Below the pieces are notes generated by a model. The model saw only the letters and a program-made list of their open reading frames with translations, ran no database searches and was not told the DNA's origin. A program made the translations under genes and the position numbers. DNA of 64,000 nt from Candidatus Omnitrophota bacterium (GTDB lineage Bacteria; Omnitrophota; Gorgyraeia; JAZDFF01): assembly GCA_043808095.1 (NCBI GenBank), contig JAZDFF010000011.1, positions 48,030 to 112,029 on the forward strand. Reading direction: 5' to 3'. Of the stretch, positions 28,697 through 38,849 are shown piece by piece (the first letter of the stretch is position 1; each line of letters begins with the position of its first letter).

Positions 28697-31600
28697 TTAC
28701 TCTTTTTTCTCTTTCTTTTCAAGAATTATTTTTGCAGCAATCTCGGCAGGAACCTGGTTGTAGCGGTCAAAATGCATGGAACAACTGGCCCGGCCGCTGC
28801 TTAGGGAGCGGAATGCCGCCGCATAACCAAACATCTCGGCAAGAGGCGCCTCAGCATAAATAATCTTCTGATTGGCCTTAGTTTCTATATTTAGGATTTT
28901 GCCTCTGCGCTGGCAGATATTGCCCACGATATTATTCGCATATTCCTCGGGGGTAGTAACCTCAAAAAGCATGCACGGCTCCAGTAATATCGGATTTCCC
29001 TTCATAAAAGCCTCTTTAAAACCAAGGATTGCCGCCATCCTGAAGGCCAATTCCGAAGAATCTACCTCATGAAAAGAACCGTCCACCAGATCAACCTTTA
29101 CGTCCACAACCGGAAATCCTGCATACGCGCCTTTTTGTATCGCTTCTTTTACGCCTTTTTCTACTGCCGGGATAAATGACTTGGGAATCGCCCCGCCCCG
29201 TATACTATCGATAAATTCCAGGCCCTTGCCTGATTCACCCGGTGCAATCTCCATAACCACATGTCCGTATTGGCCCCTTCCGCCTGATTGTTTGATGTAT
29301 TTGCCTTCGGCACTTGCCTGGCTGGTTATAGTCTCTTTGTAGGCCACCTTAGGCTGGCCTACAATAGCATCAACATTAAATTCGTTTTTGAGCCTGTCAA
29401 CGATAATTTCAAGGTGCAGCTCTCCCATGCCGGTTAAAAGGGTCTCTTTAGTCTCAAGGTCTGACTGGACAATAAATGTCGGGTCCTCTTCCGCTAGCCT
29501 GCCCAGGCCTCTGCCTAATTTGTCCTGGTCCTGGCGTGTCTTGGGTTTGATGCTTAAGGACACTACCGGTGTGGCAAACTGCATCTTCTCAAGCAGGATG
29601 GGATTATCAGAGTCGGAAAGAGTATCTCCGGTTGAGGTATTACTCAGGCCTACGGCCGCGACAATCTCTCCGGCAAAGGCGTATTCGATATTCGTCTTCT
29701 GATTTGCATGCATGCGCACGATGCGCGATACCCTTTCTTTTTTATCCTTGGTGACATTTAAGACATATGAACCGGCAACGAGCACACCGGAGTAAATCCT
29801 TACATAGACCAGGTTCCCGATATGCGGGTCAGCCTGTAATTTAAAGGCTAAGGCACAAAACGGCCCTTTATAATCAGGCAGTCTCTCCAGGGGCTTTTCA
29901 GGATCCTGCGGGTCGCTTCCTTTTACGGGAGGTAAATCTTTTGGCGACGGCAGGAAATTTAGTATGGCATCAAGCAGTTTCTGCACGCCCTTATTTTTAA
30001 GCGCGGTCCCGCATACCACGGGAACCATCTTATTTGCAATCGTTTCCCTTCTTATCGCCGCTATCAAATCTTGCTGGCTAATTGAACCTTCGGCCTCAAG
30101 GTGTTTCTTCATTAAAGCCTCGTCAAGGCTAGCCACCTTTTCAACAATCGCATGACGAGTCTGTCGGGAAATTTCTTTAAATTCTTCAGGGATATCTTCT
30201 ACCGTAAACTCTTTTCCCTGGGATTCTTCATTAAAAATATAGGCCTTCATTTCTAATACATCGATAACACCGCGGAAATTTGCCTCTGCCCCCATCGGGA
30301 TTACAACCGGAGCCACATTAGCAGCCAGACTATGCTCCATGCCTTTTAAAACGGCGAAATAATCCGCGCCCAGCCGGTCCATCTTATTAATAAAGGCAAT
30401 CTTGGGAACGTTGTATTTGTCTGATTGGCGCCAGACTGTCTCTGTTTGAGATTCCACGCCGTTTACGGCATCAAAAACCGCGACTGCACCGTCTAAAACG
30501 CGCAAGCTCCTTTCAACCTCCACAGTAAAATCAACATGGCCTGGAGTATCGATGATGATGATACGATGGTCTTTCCAGAAACAGGTGGTTGCTGCGGCAG
30601 TAATAGTAATGCCTCTTTCCTGTTCTTGTTTCATCCAGTCCATCTGGGCCTTGCCTTCATGGACCTCGCCGATTTTATGGGTCTTTCCGGTGTAAAATAG
30701 AATCCTTTCGCTTAAAGTAGTCTTACCCGCATCAATATGGGCTATGATCCCGATGTTCCTGGTTCTGTCGATGTCAATTTCAGGAGTGGCAGATAGAAGG
30801 TCTTTGGGTTTATGCTCCCGGATTTCTTCTGCTTCGGGGGTAGGCTTCGCCTCCTCTTCTTTAGCAGGCGCTTGTTTCTCGGCTGGTTTTTCTTCAGCGG
30901 GCTCTTTTATGGCTGGAGGCTCTTCGACTGGCTCTTTAATTTCCTCAGCAGGCTTTTCTTCAGGAACTACCGGAGGAGGCTCTTCAATTTTGGGACTAGC
31001 AGGCGGTTCTTGCGGCAGTGCCTCCTTTACTTCCTGCTCTTCGGATCTTATTGGTGAACCTGCCTCGATTAACTGCATCTTCAGGCGGATTCTTTCCTCA
31101 TTTACCGCCTTAAGCTGTTTTTCGGCCGTCTCTAATTCTTTCTCAAGTTCGGTATACTCCTCATTCAACCTCTCAAAATCTTTCTTGGGAACCCATTCGC
31201 TCTCTTTCTGCTTTCTCTCAAGCGAATATGCGGTATCTGCGTGTTTTTGCGCCTCCTCAGTGAGTTTTTCTATCTTAAGGTTTAACTTCAGGATATCATT
31301 AGCCAGTTTACGGTTTTGTTCTTCGGATAATTTTAGTTTTTCTTTAAAAAATACCAACTCCTGATTTAAATTTACGTTTTTATCAAAGACAGCTAATAAT
31401 TCCTTTCCCTTTTCTCTTAATTTTTCGGAAACCTCAGCGCTCTCCTGTTTGACCTTACCTAATAACTCTTCGTCCTTTTTAACCCATTCATCGCGTTTGA
31501 TTAATTTCTCTAATAAATCCGCCTTGGCATTTTGGACTTCCTCGAGTTCTCTTTTCTCTGCCTCCTGAGCCAATCTTAAATTCTCAATCTCGTTTCTTAA

Positions 31601-31771
31601 GGAAGATGCCTCTTCCTGCAGAGTCAGTATTCTTTGGGCCCGCGTATCCATCTCCTGCGGCCGGGGAATACGAGTGGCCTTCTTCTTTACTGGGGGCTCG
31701 CTGCCCAGTAATAGCCCATAACCAATAAGCACAATTCCGCCAAATGCTAAAATAACAATCGCAATAAACAT
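28697..31771 (-). CDS. fusA: Elongation factor G fused C-terminal to a transmembrane helix, coiled coil and Pro/Glu-rich linker
   Basis: aa 1-23 hydrophobic; aa ~40-237 heptad E/K/L-rich; aa ~240-330 P/E/A-rich; from aa ~335 [52 protein letters not shown]. Confidence 0.9.
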   Translation of the reverse strand: MFIAIVILAFGGIVLIGYGLLLGSEPPVKKKATRIPRPQEMDTRAQRILTLQEEASSLRNEIENLRLAQEAEKRELEEVQNAKADLLEKLIKRDEWVKKDEELLGKVKQESAEVSEKLREKGKELLAVFDKNVNLNQELVFFKEKLKLSEEQNRKLANDILKLNLKIEKLTEEAQKHADTAYSLERKQKESEWVPKKDFERLNEEYTELEKELETAEKQLKAVNEERIRLKMQLIEAGSPIRSEEQEVKEALPQEPPASPKIEEPPPVVPEEKPAEEIKEPVEEPPAIKEPAEEKPAEKQAPAKEEEAKPTPEAEEIREHKPKDLLSATPEIDIDRTRNIGIIAHIDAGKTTLSERILFYTGKTHKIGEVHEGKAQMDWMKQEQERGITITAAATTCFWKDHRIIIIDTPGHVDFTVEVERSLRVLDGAVAVFDAVNGVESQTETVWRQSDKYNVPKIAFINKMDRLGADYFAVLKGMEHSLAANVAPVVIPMGAEANFRGVIDVLEMKAYIFNEESQGKEFTVEDIPEEFKEISRQTRHAIVEKVASLDEALMKKHLEAEGSISQQDLIAAIRRETIANKMVPVVCGTALKNKGVQKLLDAILNFLPSPKDLPPVKGSDPQDPEKPLERLPDYKGPFCALAFKLQADPHIGNLVYVRIYSGVLVAGSYVLNVTKDKKERVSRIVRMHANQKTNIEYAFAGEIVAAVGLSNTSTGDTLSDSDNPILLEKMQFATPVVSLSIKPKTRQDQDKLGRGLGRLAEEDPTFIVQSDLETKETLLTGMGELHLEIIVDRLKNEFNVDAIVGQPKVAYKETITSQASAEGKYIKQSGGRGQYGHVVMEIAPGESGKGLEFIDSIRGGAIPKSFIPAVEKGVKEAIQKGAYAGFPVVDVKVDLVDGSFHEVDSSELAFRMAAILGFKEAFMKGNPILLEPCMLFEVTTPEEYANNIVGNICQRRGKILNIETKANQKIIYAEAPLAEMFGYAAAFRSLSSGRASCSMHFDRYNQVPAEIAAKIILEKKEKKE

Positions 31772-31814
31772 ATTTATTTTGGTTTGTGGAGCCCACCTTA
31801 ATGTTTATTTTATA

Positions 31815-32000
31815 AGGCCCCCTCCCGAGGCAACGCAGCATTCAGCCCCGGGTTCCCCCTCGACTTGGCTCTGGATGGTTCGCGAGAGATGGTGAGTCCT
31901 TCGACGCGCTCGCCTTTGGCGAGCTTGCTCAGGGCGAATGGTGAGCAAAGTCGAACCAGAGCACCGCCGAACTAAAACCCGTGGAAATCTGCCGAGGGAT
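31815..32000 (-). ncRNA. Possible structured 5' leader of the EF-G fusion gene, interrupted by a REP-like insertion
   Basis: Complementary ends (TCCC-TC-GGCA...TGCC-TC-GGGA; CGGGTT...AACCCG) flank the 31889-31963 repeat; family not recognised. Confidence 0.3.
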
Positions 32001-32027
32001 TAGAAATGGTTTAAGGTATTACACGGT

Positions 32028-32036
32028 ATTATAGCA
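32028..32036 (-). promoter_or_regulatory. Extended -10 promoter TGCTATAAT upstream of the EF-G fusion gene
   Basis: Matches TGnTATAAT ~255 nt before the ATG. Confidence 0.5.
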
Positions 32037-32094
32037 GAAATTTTTATCTTGATAAGAAGTTTGTTTTGGCGGGAATTAATTCTGCGGCAACTTG

Positions 32095-32823
32095 TTACTG
32101 GCAGCCCGGGATAGTGCCTAAAGGAAGATTCCTGTCCACGAATTCGATGATCTTTTTTTGTGTGTCGCTGTCAACATTGTGAAATTCTAAGCCCATGCCG
32201 GGATAGATCTGCGGCTGAAGTTCCTGCTGCACAAACCAAACTACTTTGGTATCCACCTCAATTGATCCCGGCCTAGGCATTAGCGAAATCTTCAAATCCA
32301 ATATCTCGCCCAGCGGATAGACCTTCTCGGAAAATACTAAAATCCCGACGGCACTAAGATTAAGGACCTTGCCGCGATGGAACTCCTCTGCCTTTGATTT
32401 TGACTTAAATTGGACATCTATATCCAATTCAATCCGCTGAAATCTTCTTCTTAGATTTTTCTTCTGAATCTGGGAAATAACCCTGTCTTCTTCAAAGTCC
32501 CTAAGGGCTGACTCCTCGTCATCGTAAATTTCAAAGACCCGGTCAATACAGACGAGCGAAAAATTATTTTTGATATGGGTTGCTACATTAACAAATTTCA
32601 TCCTGCCTTCATGATTAATCACATTTTTATAGGCGATGGTTAAAACCGAAAGACCGGCATAATCAACCAAAGTGACATTCTCAAAATCACAGAGGATGTC
32701 CTTATGGCCATTCTCAAGGCACCAGCCGACTTTCTCGACAAGGCCGGAAGAATCTATATCAATAGTGCCTGAAAGATCCAGGATGGCTATTGAATTAAAT
32801 ATCTTTAGGGTTATTTCTAGCAT
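32095..32823 (-). CDS. STAS (anti-sigma antagonist-like) plus PilZ domain protein
   Basis: STAS: ILDLSGTID...VDYAGLSVL; PilZ: RRRFQR, NLSAVG, GMGLEF. Confidence 0.85.
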   Translation of the reverse strand: MLEITLKIFNSIAILDLSGTIDIDSSGLVEKVGWCLENGHKDILCDFENVTLVDYAGLSVLTIAYKNVINHEGRMKFVNVATHIKNNFSLVCIDRVFEIYDDEESALRDFEEDRVISQIQKKNLRRRFQRIELDIDVQFKSKSKAEEFHRGKVLNLSAVGILVFSEKVYPLGEILDLKISLMPRPGSIEVDTKVVWFVQQELQPQIYPGMGLEFHNVDSDTQKKIIEFVDRNLPLGTIPGCQ

Positions 32824-33198
32824 TTACCAGATCCCTTCCTTGACCATAAAACAAGCGTTGTAAACAACATTGATGCCGTATTTTTTAGCATTATCTATCG
32901 CCAGGCGGGATTCAGAGCCGGGCTGCATCCAGATTTCCTTTATGCCTAATTCCTTACATTCTTCGACAATAGCCTCGGTAACTTTGGACGTAACAACCGT
33001 AATCACTAAATCAGGCACTTCGGGAAGCTCTGATAAACTCTTATAGATCTTTCTGCCTAAGATCTCGCCATTATTGGGATTAACCGCCCAAACATGATAG
33101 CCATTCTCAGCCAGATCTCTAAAAATCCTGTAGCCGAATTTTTCCGTCCTTTCGGAAACCCCCACAACGGCAATTACTTTCTCTGAGGCGCCGCCCAT
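32824..33198 (-). CDS. CoA-binding protein (YccU-like)
   Basis: IAVVGVS, AVNP, IWMQPG, NAC. Confidence 0.85.
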   Translation of the reverse strand: MGGASEKVIAVVGVSERTEKFGYRIFRDLAENGYHVWAVNPNNGEILGRKIYKSLSELPEVPDLVITVVTSKVTEAIVEECKELGIKEIWMQPGSESRLAIDNAKKYGINVVYNACFMVKEGIW

Positions 33199-33223
33199 CT
33201 ATATAGCAGAAATCATCTCTAAG

Positions 33224-33514
33224 CTAGCGATTCATCATGGGATGCTGCATCATTGGGCTGGACCCTACCCCTTGCATCTTCATCATCTGCTGCATCGCCC
33301 TCATCATAGGGTGTTGACCGGTTATCAAGATATACAGGCCGACGCATAATAACAGGGCCGCACAAATCCACAGAAGCACGCAAACCACGTAACCGAATTT
33401 TTTAAGCCCCCGGGGTTCTATCTTAAGCAGAGTAAACAAGACAAAAAAGCTGACAGTCAACAGCACGGTTGCCGGAATAATTGTAAACAATCCTGACAAT
33501 CTCATCACCAGCAT
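33224..33514 (-). CDS. Small two-TM membrane protein with Met-rich C-terminal tail
   Basis: Two hydrophobic segments; tail HPMMRAMQQMMKM...PMMQHPMM; strong SD. Confidence 0.7.
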   Translation of the reverse strand: MLVMRLSGLFTIIPATVLLTVSFFVLFTLLKIEPRGLKKFGYVVCVLLWICAALLLCVGLYILITGQHPMMRAMQQMMKMQGVGSSPMMQHPMMNR

Positions 33515-33528
33515 ATTTCCCTCCTTTT

Positions 33529-33658
33529 AATGAGCAGACGACTTACGGAGTCGAAGACGACGTAAGTCGTAGGCCTAAAAGGCCGTCTGCGAATTAATCC
33601 CGAAGCCTGCGCAGAAAATTTCTTGCGAAATTTTCAAGCGTTTTGGCGAGGGATCTCA
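33529..33658. mobile_element. AATGAG-family MITE-like end plus an ATCCCGAAG..CTGCG hairpin element
   Basis: Matches 6408 and 14546; the second part resembles 57845-57900. Confidence 0.55.
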
Positions 33659-33724
33659 AGGTTAACTTATAACCTTATTTATTATATCACAATTTTACAG
33701 CAATTTTCAGGGCTTATTGATTTT

Positions 33725-34216
33725 TCAAAATTTCTGCCGGTTGAGTTGTCCGGCGGCCCGGATTTCCACAATCTCTTCTATCTTAACCTTGAAGAAAATT
33801 ACGCGCTCGGGAAAGGTCAGCTCAAAATCTCTATGCTTTGCACCTCGCTGGATGCCCTCGATAATGCGCGTAACTGAGAGATTTATCTGTTTATCTTTTA
33901 GTTCGCGCAATAACTTTTCGTATAACGGGCCTTTGTCTATAACCTCTACCGCCCCGTTTATCTGATGACCGGTCAAGGTGTCCCTATCTGAAACCGACAA
34001 TGAAACCCTGGTATTAATTTTTAGATTCTGCCAGGTCCTGCCGATAACATGATCGGCCAAATAAATATACTTATCCTCGACCTTTAGTAAAAACTTAGGC
34101 GCCACATTCGGACGGCCGTCAAAATCAGCTGTAGCCACATAAACAAATTCCCTTTTCGAAAGTATTTCCTCTATATCTTTCATTAGGCAATCATTGGATT
34201 CTAATAATATTTTCAA
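33725..34216 (-). CDS. Pyridoxamine 5'-phosphate oxidase family protein
   Basis: VYVATADFDGRPNVAPK, RTWQNL..N. Confidence 0.8.
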   Translation of the reverse strand: MKILLESNDCLMKDIEEILSKREFVYVATADFDGRPNVAPKFLLKVEDKYIYLADHVIGRTWQNLKINTRVSLSVSDRDTLTGHQINGAVEVIDKGPLYEKLLRELKDKQINLSVTRIIEGIQRGAKHRDFELTFPERVIFFKVKIEEIVEIRAAGQLNRQKF

Positions 34217-34265
34217 TCATATTATTATATTTGCCTTAGATCTAACTCTATGTTAACATAAAACT

Positions 34266-35306
34266 ATGCTAAAGAAAATAAAAAATAAGATAGATAAAGA
34301 GCTTGCCGTTTATATGGGCGGCATTAATAGATTTTACGGCCTTGGCCGAATCTCCCCGGTCCTTTTTAGCTGCATTAAAGACTTTATCAAAAGAAAAGGC
34401 AAAAGAGTCAGGCCTGTGCTTTTTGTTGTCGGGTATCTGGGTTTTGCCAAAAAAGAGGCCCCCGGACTCTATAAAAGCGCAGTTGCAATTGAAATCTTCC
34501 ATGATTTTATGCTGGTGCATGATGATATCATCGACAAATCCCAAACCCGCCGCGGGAAACCCTCTATGCATGCAATGCTTAACCGCTATTTATCCGGCAA
34601 AGGAGATATTAAGTTCAGCGGCCAGGACTTAACCATAGTAGCGGGCGACGTAATGTATGCCCTGGCGATAAACGCCTTCTTTTCGGTTAAAGAAGAGCCA
34701 TATCGCAAGGAAAAAGCCCTGCGCCGGCTTATTGATGCAGCCGTCTATACCGGAAGCGGGGAATTTGTCGAACTTTTATGCGGAATAAAGAATATTGATA
34801 AAATCACAAAAGAAGATATCTACAAAATATATGACCTTAAAACCGCCAATTACACCTTCTCTTCTCCTCTTAGCATCGGCGCCATCCTTGCCGGAGCGCC
34901 GCTTAAAGAAGTAAATAAACTTTCCCAGTACGGGATGTACCTGGGCAGGGCCTTTCAGATTAAAGATGATATCCTGGGTATATTCGGCGAAGAGTCTTAT
35001 ACCGGAAAATCCAATCTGACAGACTTAAGGGAAGGCAAAAAAACCATCCTTATCTGGTATGCCTTTCATCATACGGATAAAAAAGAAAAGCTGATCATCA
35101 AAAGTATTCTGACTAAAAGAAATATCGTAAAATCGGATTTATTCAAGGTGCAAAATATCTTAATAAACTCCGGTGCCATTAATTACGCCGGGAAAGAAAT
35201 TGCCAGGCTGACAGAAAAATCTAAAATCCTCCTAGAGTCATCAAAGATGCTCACCCGATATAAAAAACTCCTCGAAGCTTTCTCTGGAGGCCTGTTTAAT
35301 CTCTAG
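34266..35306 (+). CDS. Polyprenyl (geranylgeranyl) diphosphate synthase
   Basis: GKRVRP, HDDIIDKSQTRRG, AGD, KTA.Y, AFQIKDD. Confidence 0.9.
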   Translation: MLKKIKNKIDKELAVYMGGINRFYGLGRISPVLFSCIKDFIKRKGKRVRPVLFVVGYLGFAKKEAPGLYKSAVAIEIFHDFMLVHDDIIDKSQTRRGKPSMHAMLNRYLSGKGDIKFSGQDLTIVAGDVMYALAINAFFSVKEEPYRKEKALRRLIDAAVYTGSGEFVELLCGIKNIDKITKEDIYKIYDLKTANYTFSSPLSIGAILAGAPLKEVNKLSQYGMYLGRAFQIKDDILGIFGEESYTGKSNLTDLREGKKTILIWYAFHHTDKKEKLIIKSILTKRNIVKSDLFKVQNILINSGAINYAGKEIARLTEKSKILLESSKMLTRYKKLLEAFSGGLFNL

Positions 35307-35358
35307 GGCACCTCTTTTTTCAATGGAAAGTTTACGGGTTTGACTGTAAGATATAGGC

Positions 35359-36234
35359 ATGCCTCCCATACCGGATGAAAAATTAATAAAAGAGGGATTT
35401 GATATTGCCAGAGACTTGGCAAAAAAATACGCCGGGACTTTCTATCTAGCATCAATTTTTTTGCCGACTAAGGAAAAATGCGCGGCTTGTTCTGTATACG
35501 CCTTATGCAGGGTAAGTGATGAGGCGGTAGATAGCCTGACCGAAGCACCCAGCAGGGAAAAATTAGGGCAGATTAAAGAGAAAATTGATTTGGCCTACCA
35601 ACAGGACAGCCTAAATGACAACCTCCTGCTTTGTTTTCGACATACCGTAAATAACTATAAAATCCCCAGGGAATATTTTTATGAATTTATCGAAGGCATG
35701 CAGATGGATTTAGATAAATCCCGCTATAAGGACTTTAACGAATTATATGATTACTCCTATAAAGCCGCCGCAGTTATAGGCCTTATCATGCTTAAAATAT
35801 TCGGATATTCCGATAGGAATGCAGAAAAATATGCTATAGATTTAGGCACTGCCTTTCAGCTTACTAATATCTTAAGAGACATAAAAGAAGATTTCCAAAG
35901 AGGCAGGATTTATCTGCCTCAGGATGAAATGGCGCGCTTCGGAACCAGCGAATCGGATATAGCAGGAGAAAATCTTAGTCAAAATTTTAAGGACCTCCTG
36001 AAGTTTCAGATTAACCGGGCAAGGAGTTATTTCCGGTCTTCCGAGGATGGTATCAGAATGATTAATGGCAAAAGTAACCGCCTTGTGGTTTTCCTGATGA
36101 AAGAACTTTATGCAGGCATACTTGATTCTATAGAGGGCAATGATTATGATATATTCTCCAAGCGCGCCTCTGTAAATAATTTTAAAACGGTTGCTATAAT
36201 CTTAAAAATTATATCAAAAGGAAAATACTTATGA
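35359..36234 (+). CDS. Phytoene/squalene synthase family protein
   Basis: TFYLAS, YALCRVSDEAVD, GMQMDL, LGTAFQLTNILRDIKED, GRIYLP. Confidence 0.9.
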   Translation: MPPIPDEKLIKEGFDIARDLAKKYAGTFYLASIFLPTKEKCAACSVYALCRVSDEAVDSLTEAPSREKLGQIKEKIDLAYQQDSLNDNLLLCFRHTVNNYKIPREYFYEFIEGMQMDLDKSRYKDFNELYDYSYKAAAVIGLIMLKIFGYSDRNAEKYAIDLGTAFQLTNILRDIKEDFQRGRIYLPQDEMARFGTSESDIAGENLSQNFKDLLKFQINRARSYFRSSEDGIRMINGKSNRLVVFLMKELYAGILDSIEGNDYDIFSKRASVNNFKTVAIILKIISKGKYL

Positions 36235-37067
36235 AGGTAACCCTGGCAAAATCTGCTGGTTTCTGTTTTGGAGTAAAAAGGGCAATTGATATCGCACTCC
36301 AGACAGCTGCATCAGGCAAAGAAATATATGCACTTGGTGACATCGTCCATAATGAAGATGTGGCAAGAGAAATTGCAAAGGCAGGTATAAAGAAAATTAA
36401 AAAGCTATTCAAAGGAAAAAACAAAATATTGCTTATCCGCGCTCACGGTATTGGCCTCACCGCTTTGAAAAAGGCAAAACAGCTCGGATACAAGATAATA
36501 GATGCCACCTGCCCTATGGTCAGAGAGATACATAAGATTGCCAAGGAAATGGAAAAGGCAGGCTATAAAATTATTGTTATAGGCGACAAGGTCCATGATG
36601 AAGTAAAAGGGATTGTCGGACAATTAAGGCAAAAGGCAATTGTGATTGATAATTTAAAAATGATTCCTTTGTCGAAGATAAGAAAAATCGAAAAGGCTGC
36701 TGTAGTGGTCCAATCTACGCAGAATTTAATCAAGGTGCTTGAGATTCTAAAGGTTTTGAAGCGGCATATTAAAGAGGTGAGATTTTTCAATACCATCTGC
36801 AGGCCTACGACTATAAAACAGGAAGAAATGAAAAAGATGCCCAAAGAGAACGACGTAATGATTATTATCGGCTCAAAAACCAGCGCCAATACCAAAAGGC
36901 TTTATGAGATATCCAAGTCCCTGAATGAAAGAAGCTACCGGGTAAGTTCAAAAGGCGAGATTAGGCCCTACTGGTTTAAAGGCGCAAAATGTGCAGGAAT
37001 TACTGCCGGGGCATCTACTCCGGAGGCAACCATCAAAAATATCGTCCGCTACCTATCAAGTCTGTAA
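36231..37067 (+). CDS. ispH: 4-hydroxy-3-methylbut-2-enyl diphosphate reductase
   Basis: AGFCFGVKRA, IVHN, RAHG, DATCP, NTIC, SAN, GITAGASTP. Confidence 0.93.
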   Translation: MKVTLAKSAGFCFGVKRAIDIALQTAASGKEIYALGDIVHNEDVAREIAKAGIKKIKKLFKGKNKILLIRAHGIGLTALKKAKQLGYKIIDATCPMVREIHKIAKEMEKAGYKIIVIGDKVHDEVKGIVGQLRQKAIVIDNLKMIPLSKIRKIEKAAVVVQSTQNLIKVLEILKVLKRHIKEVRFFNTICRPTTIKQEEMKKMPKENDVMIIIGSKTSANTKRLYEISKSLNERSYRVSSKGEIRPYWFKGAKCAGITAGASTPEATIKNIVRYLSSL

Positions 37068-38108
37068 CAACGGTCCTATTTTTCTCAATCTCATTATACG
37101 CCGCGAGGGGATAAACATATCCCAAATAGAACTTGGATTTAAAGCAAATATCAGACTATGGGCATTACAGCCAATATTATAACAAGCCCTGCATTTGGTC
37201 TTAGTGGAATTTTCCCAAGCCCTTTTTAAACCAACCTCTAAAAAATTTAATGCCTTGAACTTACCCACCAATTCCCAACAGGGATAAATCAATCCATCGC
37301 CCTCAATATGACAATGAAATCTTCTCATACGGCAAGGCACAAGATGATTAGAAGCCACAATCTCTTTGTCGTATAATTGCTTCTTGCGATAAGATATTCT
37401 TTTCCCCCAGTTTAAGAAATTCTCATATACTTTGATTGGAAAATCAACAGGCAACCCTCTCTTTTTATAATCTATTATTTCCTGAATGGCTTTTATCAGT
37501 TCTTCATCATCTAACCCAAAGTTCTTATCTCCCCGATAACGATGAAATTGAGATTGGCACTTATAAAGACAGGCAAGGTTTAATATGTCTTTAATATGAC
37601 CTACGTTGTTTTTTGTAAGGACTGTGGTGATATGAAATTTAATTTCTTCTTTGGTTAATAGTTCTATTGCCTTAACAACCTTATCATAGGTTCCTGCCCC
37701 CCGAAGCGAATCATGGCTCTCTCTGTTGCCCTGAAGACTTATGGCTATTGAATCAAACTTCTTTATAAGCGGGATATTGTCTTTAATGAGCAGACCATTT
37801 GTGGTAAGGTGGCAGAGAATATTCTTCTTCTTAATCTTCTCAATAATAACATCCAAGTCATCTCTTAAAAGTGCCTCTCCCCCGTTTATTGAGAAATACC
37901 TTGTCCCCATTCCAATCAGTTCTTCTACTAAATTTGATAATTCCCGTAGAGTAAAATCTCTTTGATTTCTGATTTCCTTCTGGAAACAGTATAGACAGTT
38001 AAGATTGCACTTATTAGTAATAACTATTGAAGCAGAAATAGGAATGTTTTGATGTAAAAGGTGTGTTTTTAATAACTGAAATCCAATATTGTATTTTCTA
38101 AAATCCAT
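37056..38108 (-). CDS. Radical SAM / SPASM-like protein
   Basis: CNLNCLYC, GGEALLR, TTNG, C-terminal Cys cluster. Confidence 0.88.
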   Translation of the reverse strand: MDFRKYNIGFQLLKTHLLHQNIPISASIVITNKCNLNCLYCFQKEIRNQRDFTLRELSNLVEELIGMGTRYFSINGGEALLRDDLDVIIEKIKKKNILCHLTTNGLLIKDNIPLIKKFDSIAISLQGNRESHDSLRGAGTYDKVVKAIELLTKEEIKFHITTVLTKNNVGHIKDILNLACLYKCQSQFHRYRGDKNFGLDDEELIKAIQEIIDYKKRGLPVDFPIKVYENFLNWGKRISYRKKQLYDKEIVASNHLVPCRMRRFHCHIEGDGLIYPCWELVGKFKALNFLEVGLKRAWENSTKTKCRACYNIGCNAHSLIFALNPSSIWDMFIPSRRIMRLRKIGPLLQT

Positions 38109-38225
38109 AATATTTACTCTTTAAATAAATTTTAATATTATTGATAAGCCTTTTTAAAACTGCCCTTCGATTACACTTTAGTTACTCTACCACAATTAGA
38201 AGTGATGAGCAAGCCCGCAAATAAA

Positions 38226-38300
38226 AAAATGGTGTCAGAACTCGGAATTAAATCATAACATCAAAAATATCAGATACTTAAGCAGTTCTGACACCATTTT
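38226..38300. repeat. 17-bp perfect inverted repeat (MITE-like)
   Basis: AAAATGGTGTCAGAACT ... AGTTCTGACACCATTTT. Confidence 0.7.
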
Positions 38301-38345
38301 CCCGACAGACAATACATTGTACCGTTGGAAGCTAATGGTAATGAG

Positions 38346-38837
38346 CTACTGCTTTAATTTCTTGATGGCTTCCTGTATCCTAAAGTTATTTACAATATCC
38401 ATAAACTTTTCGTTTTTCATCAAGGCCTGGATATCGCCGGCTTTTACGGCTTCTTGGATCTCTGGGTCTTTCGCTAACTCTTGAATCCGCGGATCGGCAG
38501 CTAAGCCTGTAATAATAGCTGCATTTTCCGGATTACTCATCAGAGTCTCGCCATAGCTTTGAATTTGAGATTGAGCGGGGTTTTCTCTCCCAACGGATGA
38601 GTTAATGGCGTTGCCAGGCAAAGAGGAATTTAGTGACTCAATCTTAGAAACATTTGCTGCCTCTATTTTTATTTCTCCAAAGGCGGCAGTGCTTATAGCA
38701 TAGACCCCACTCGCATAAGAAATTATCTCGCCATTAATTACGCTGCCATCAGTCAATTCAATCCTGCTTAACTGCCCGCAATAGGCGGTGACATTGAACA
38801 CTACTGACAATAAGCAAAAAATAATAATCCTTTTCAT
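38346..38837 (-). CDS. Exported hypothetical protein
   Basis: Signal peptide MKRIIIFCLLSVVFNVTAYC; IELTDGSVINGEI motif; DP-rich helical C-terminus. Confidence 0.75.
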   Translation of the reverse strand: MKRIIIFCLLSVVFNVTAYCGQLSRIELTDGSVINGEIISYASGVYAISTAAFGEIKIEAANVSKIESLNSSLPGNAINSSVGRENPAQSQIQSYGETLMSNPENAAIITGLAADPRIQELAKDPEIQEAVKAGDIQALMKNEKFMDIVNNFRIQEAIKKLKQ

Positions 38838-38849
38838 ATCTAGCCTCTT

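Noticed and set aside
31815-32060. SAM, c-di-AMP, 6S or SRP identity for the EF-G leader
   Set aside because: Only short partial matches (CTTATCAAGA; GGGGAACCC..GGGGCTGAAT) are present; the remaining consensus elements are missing.
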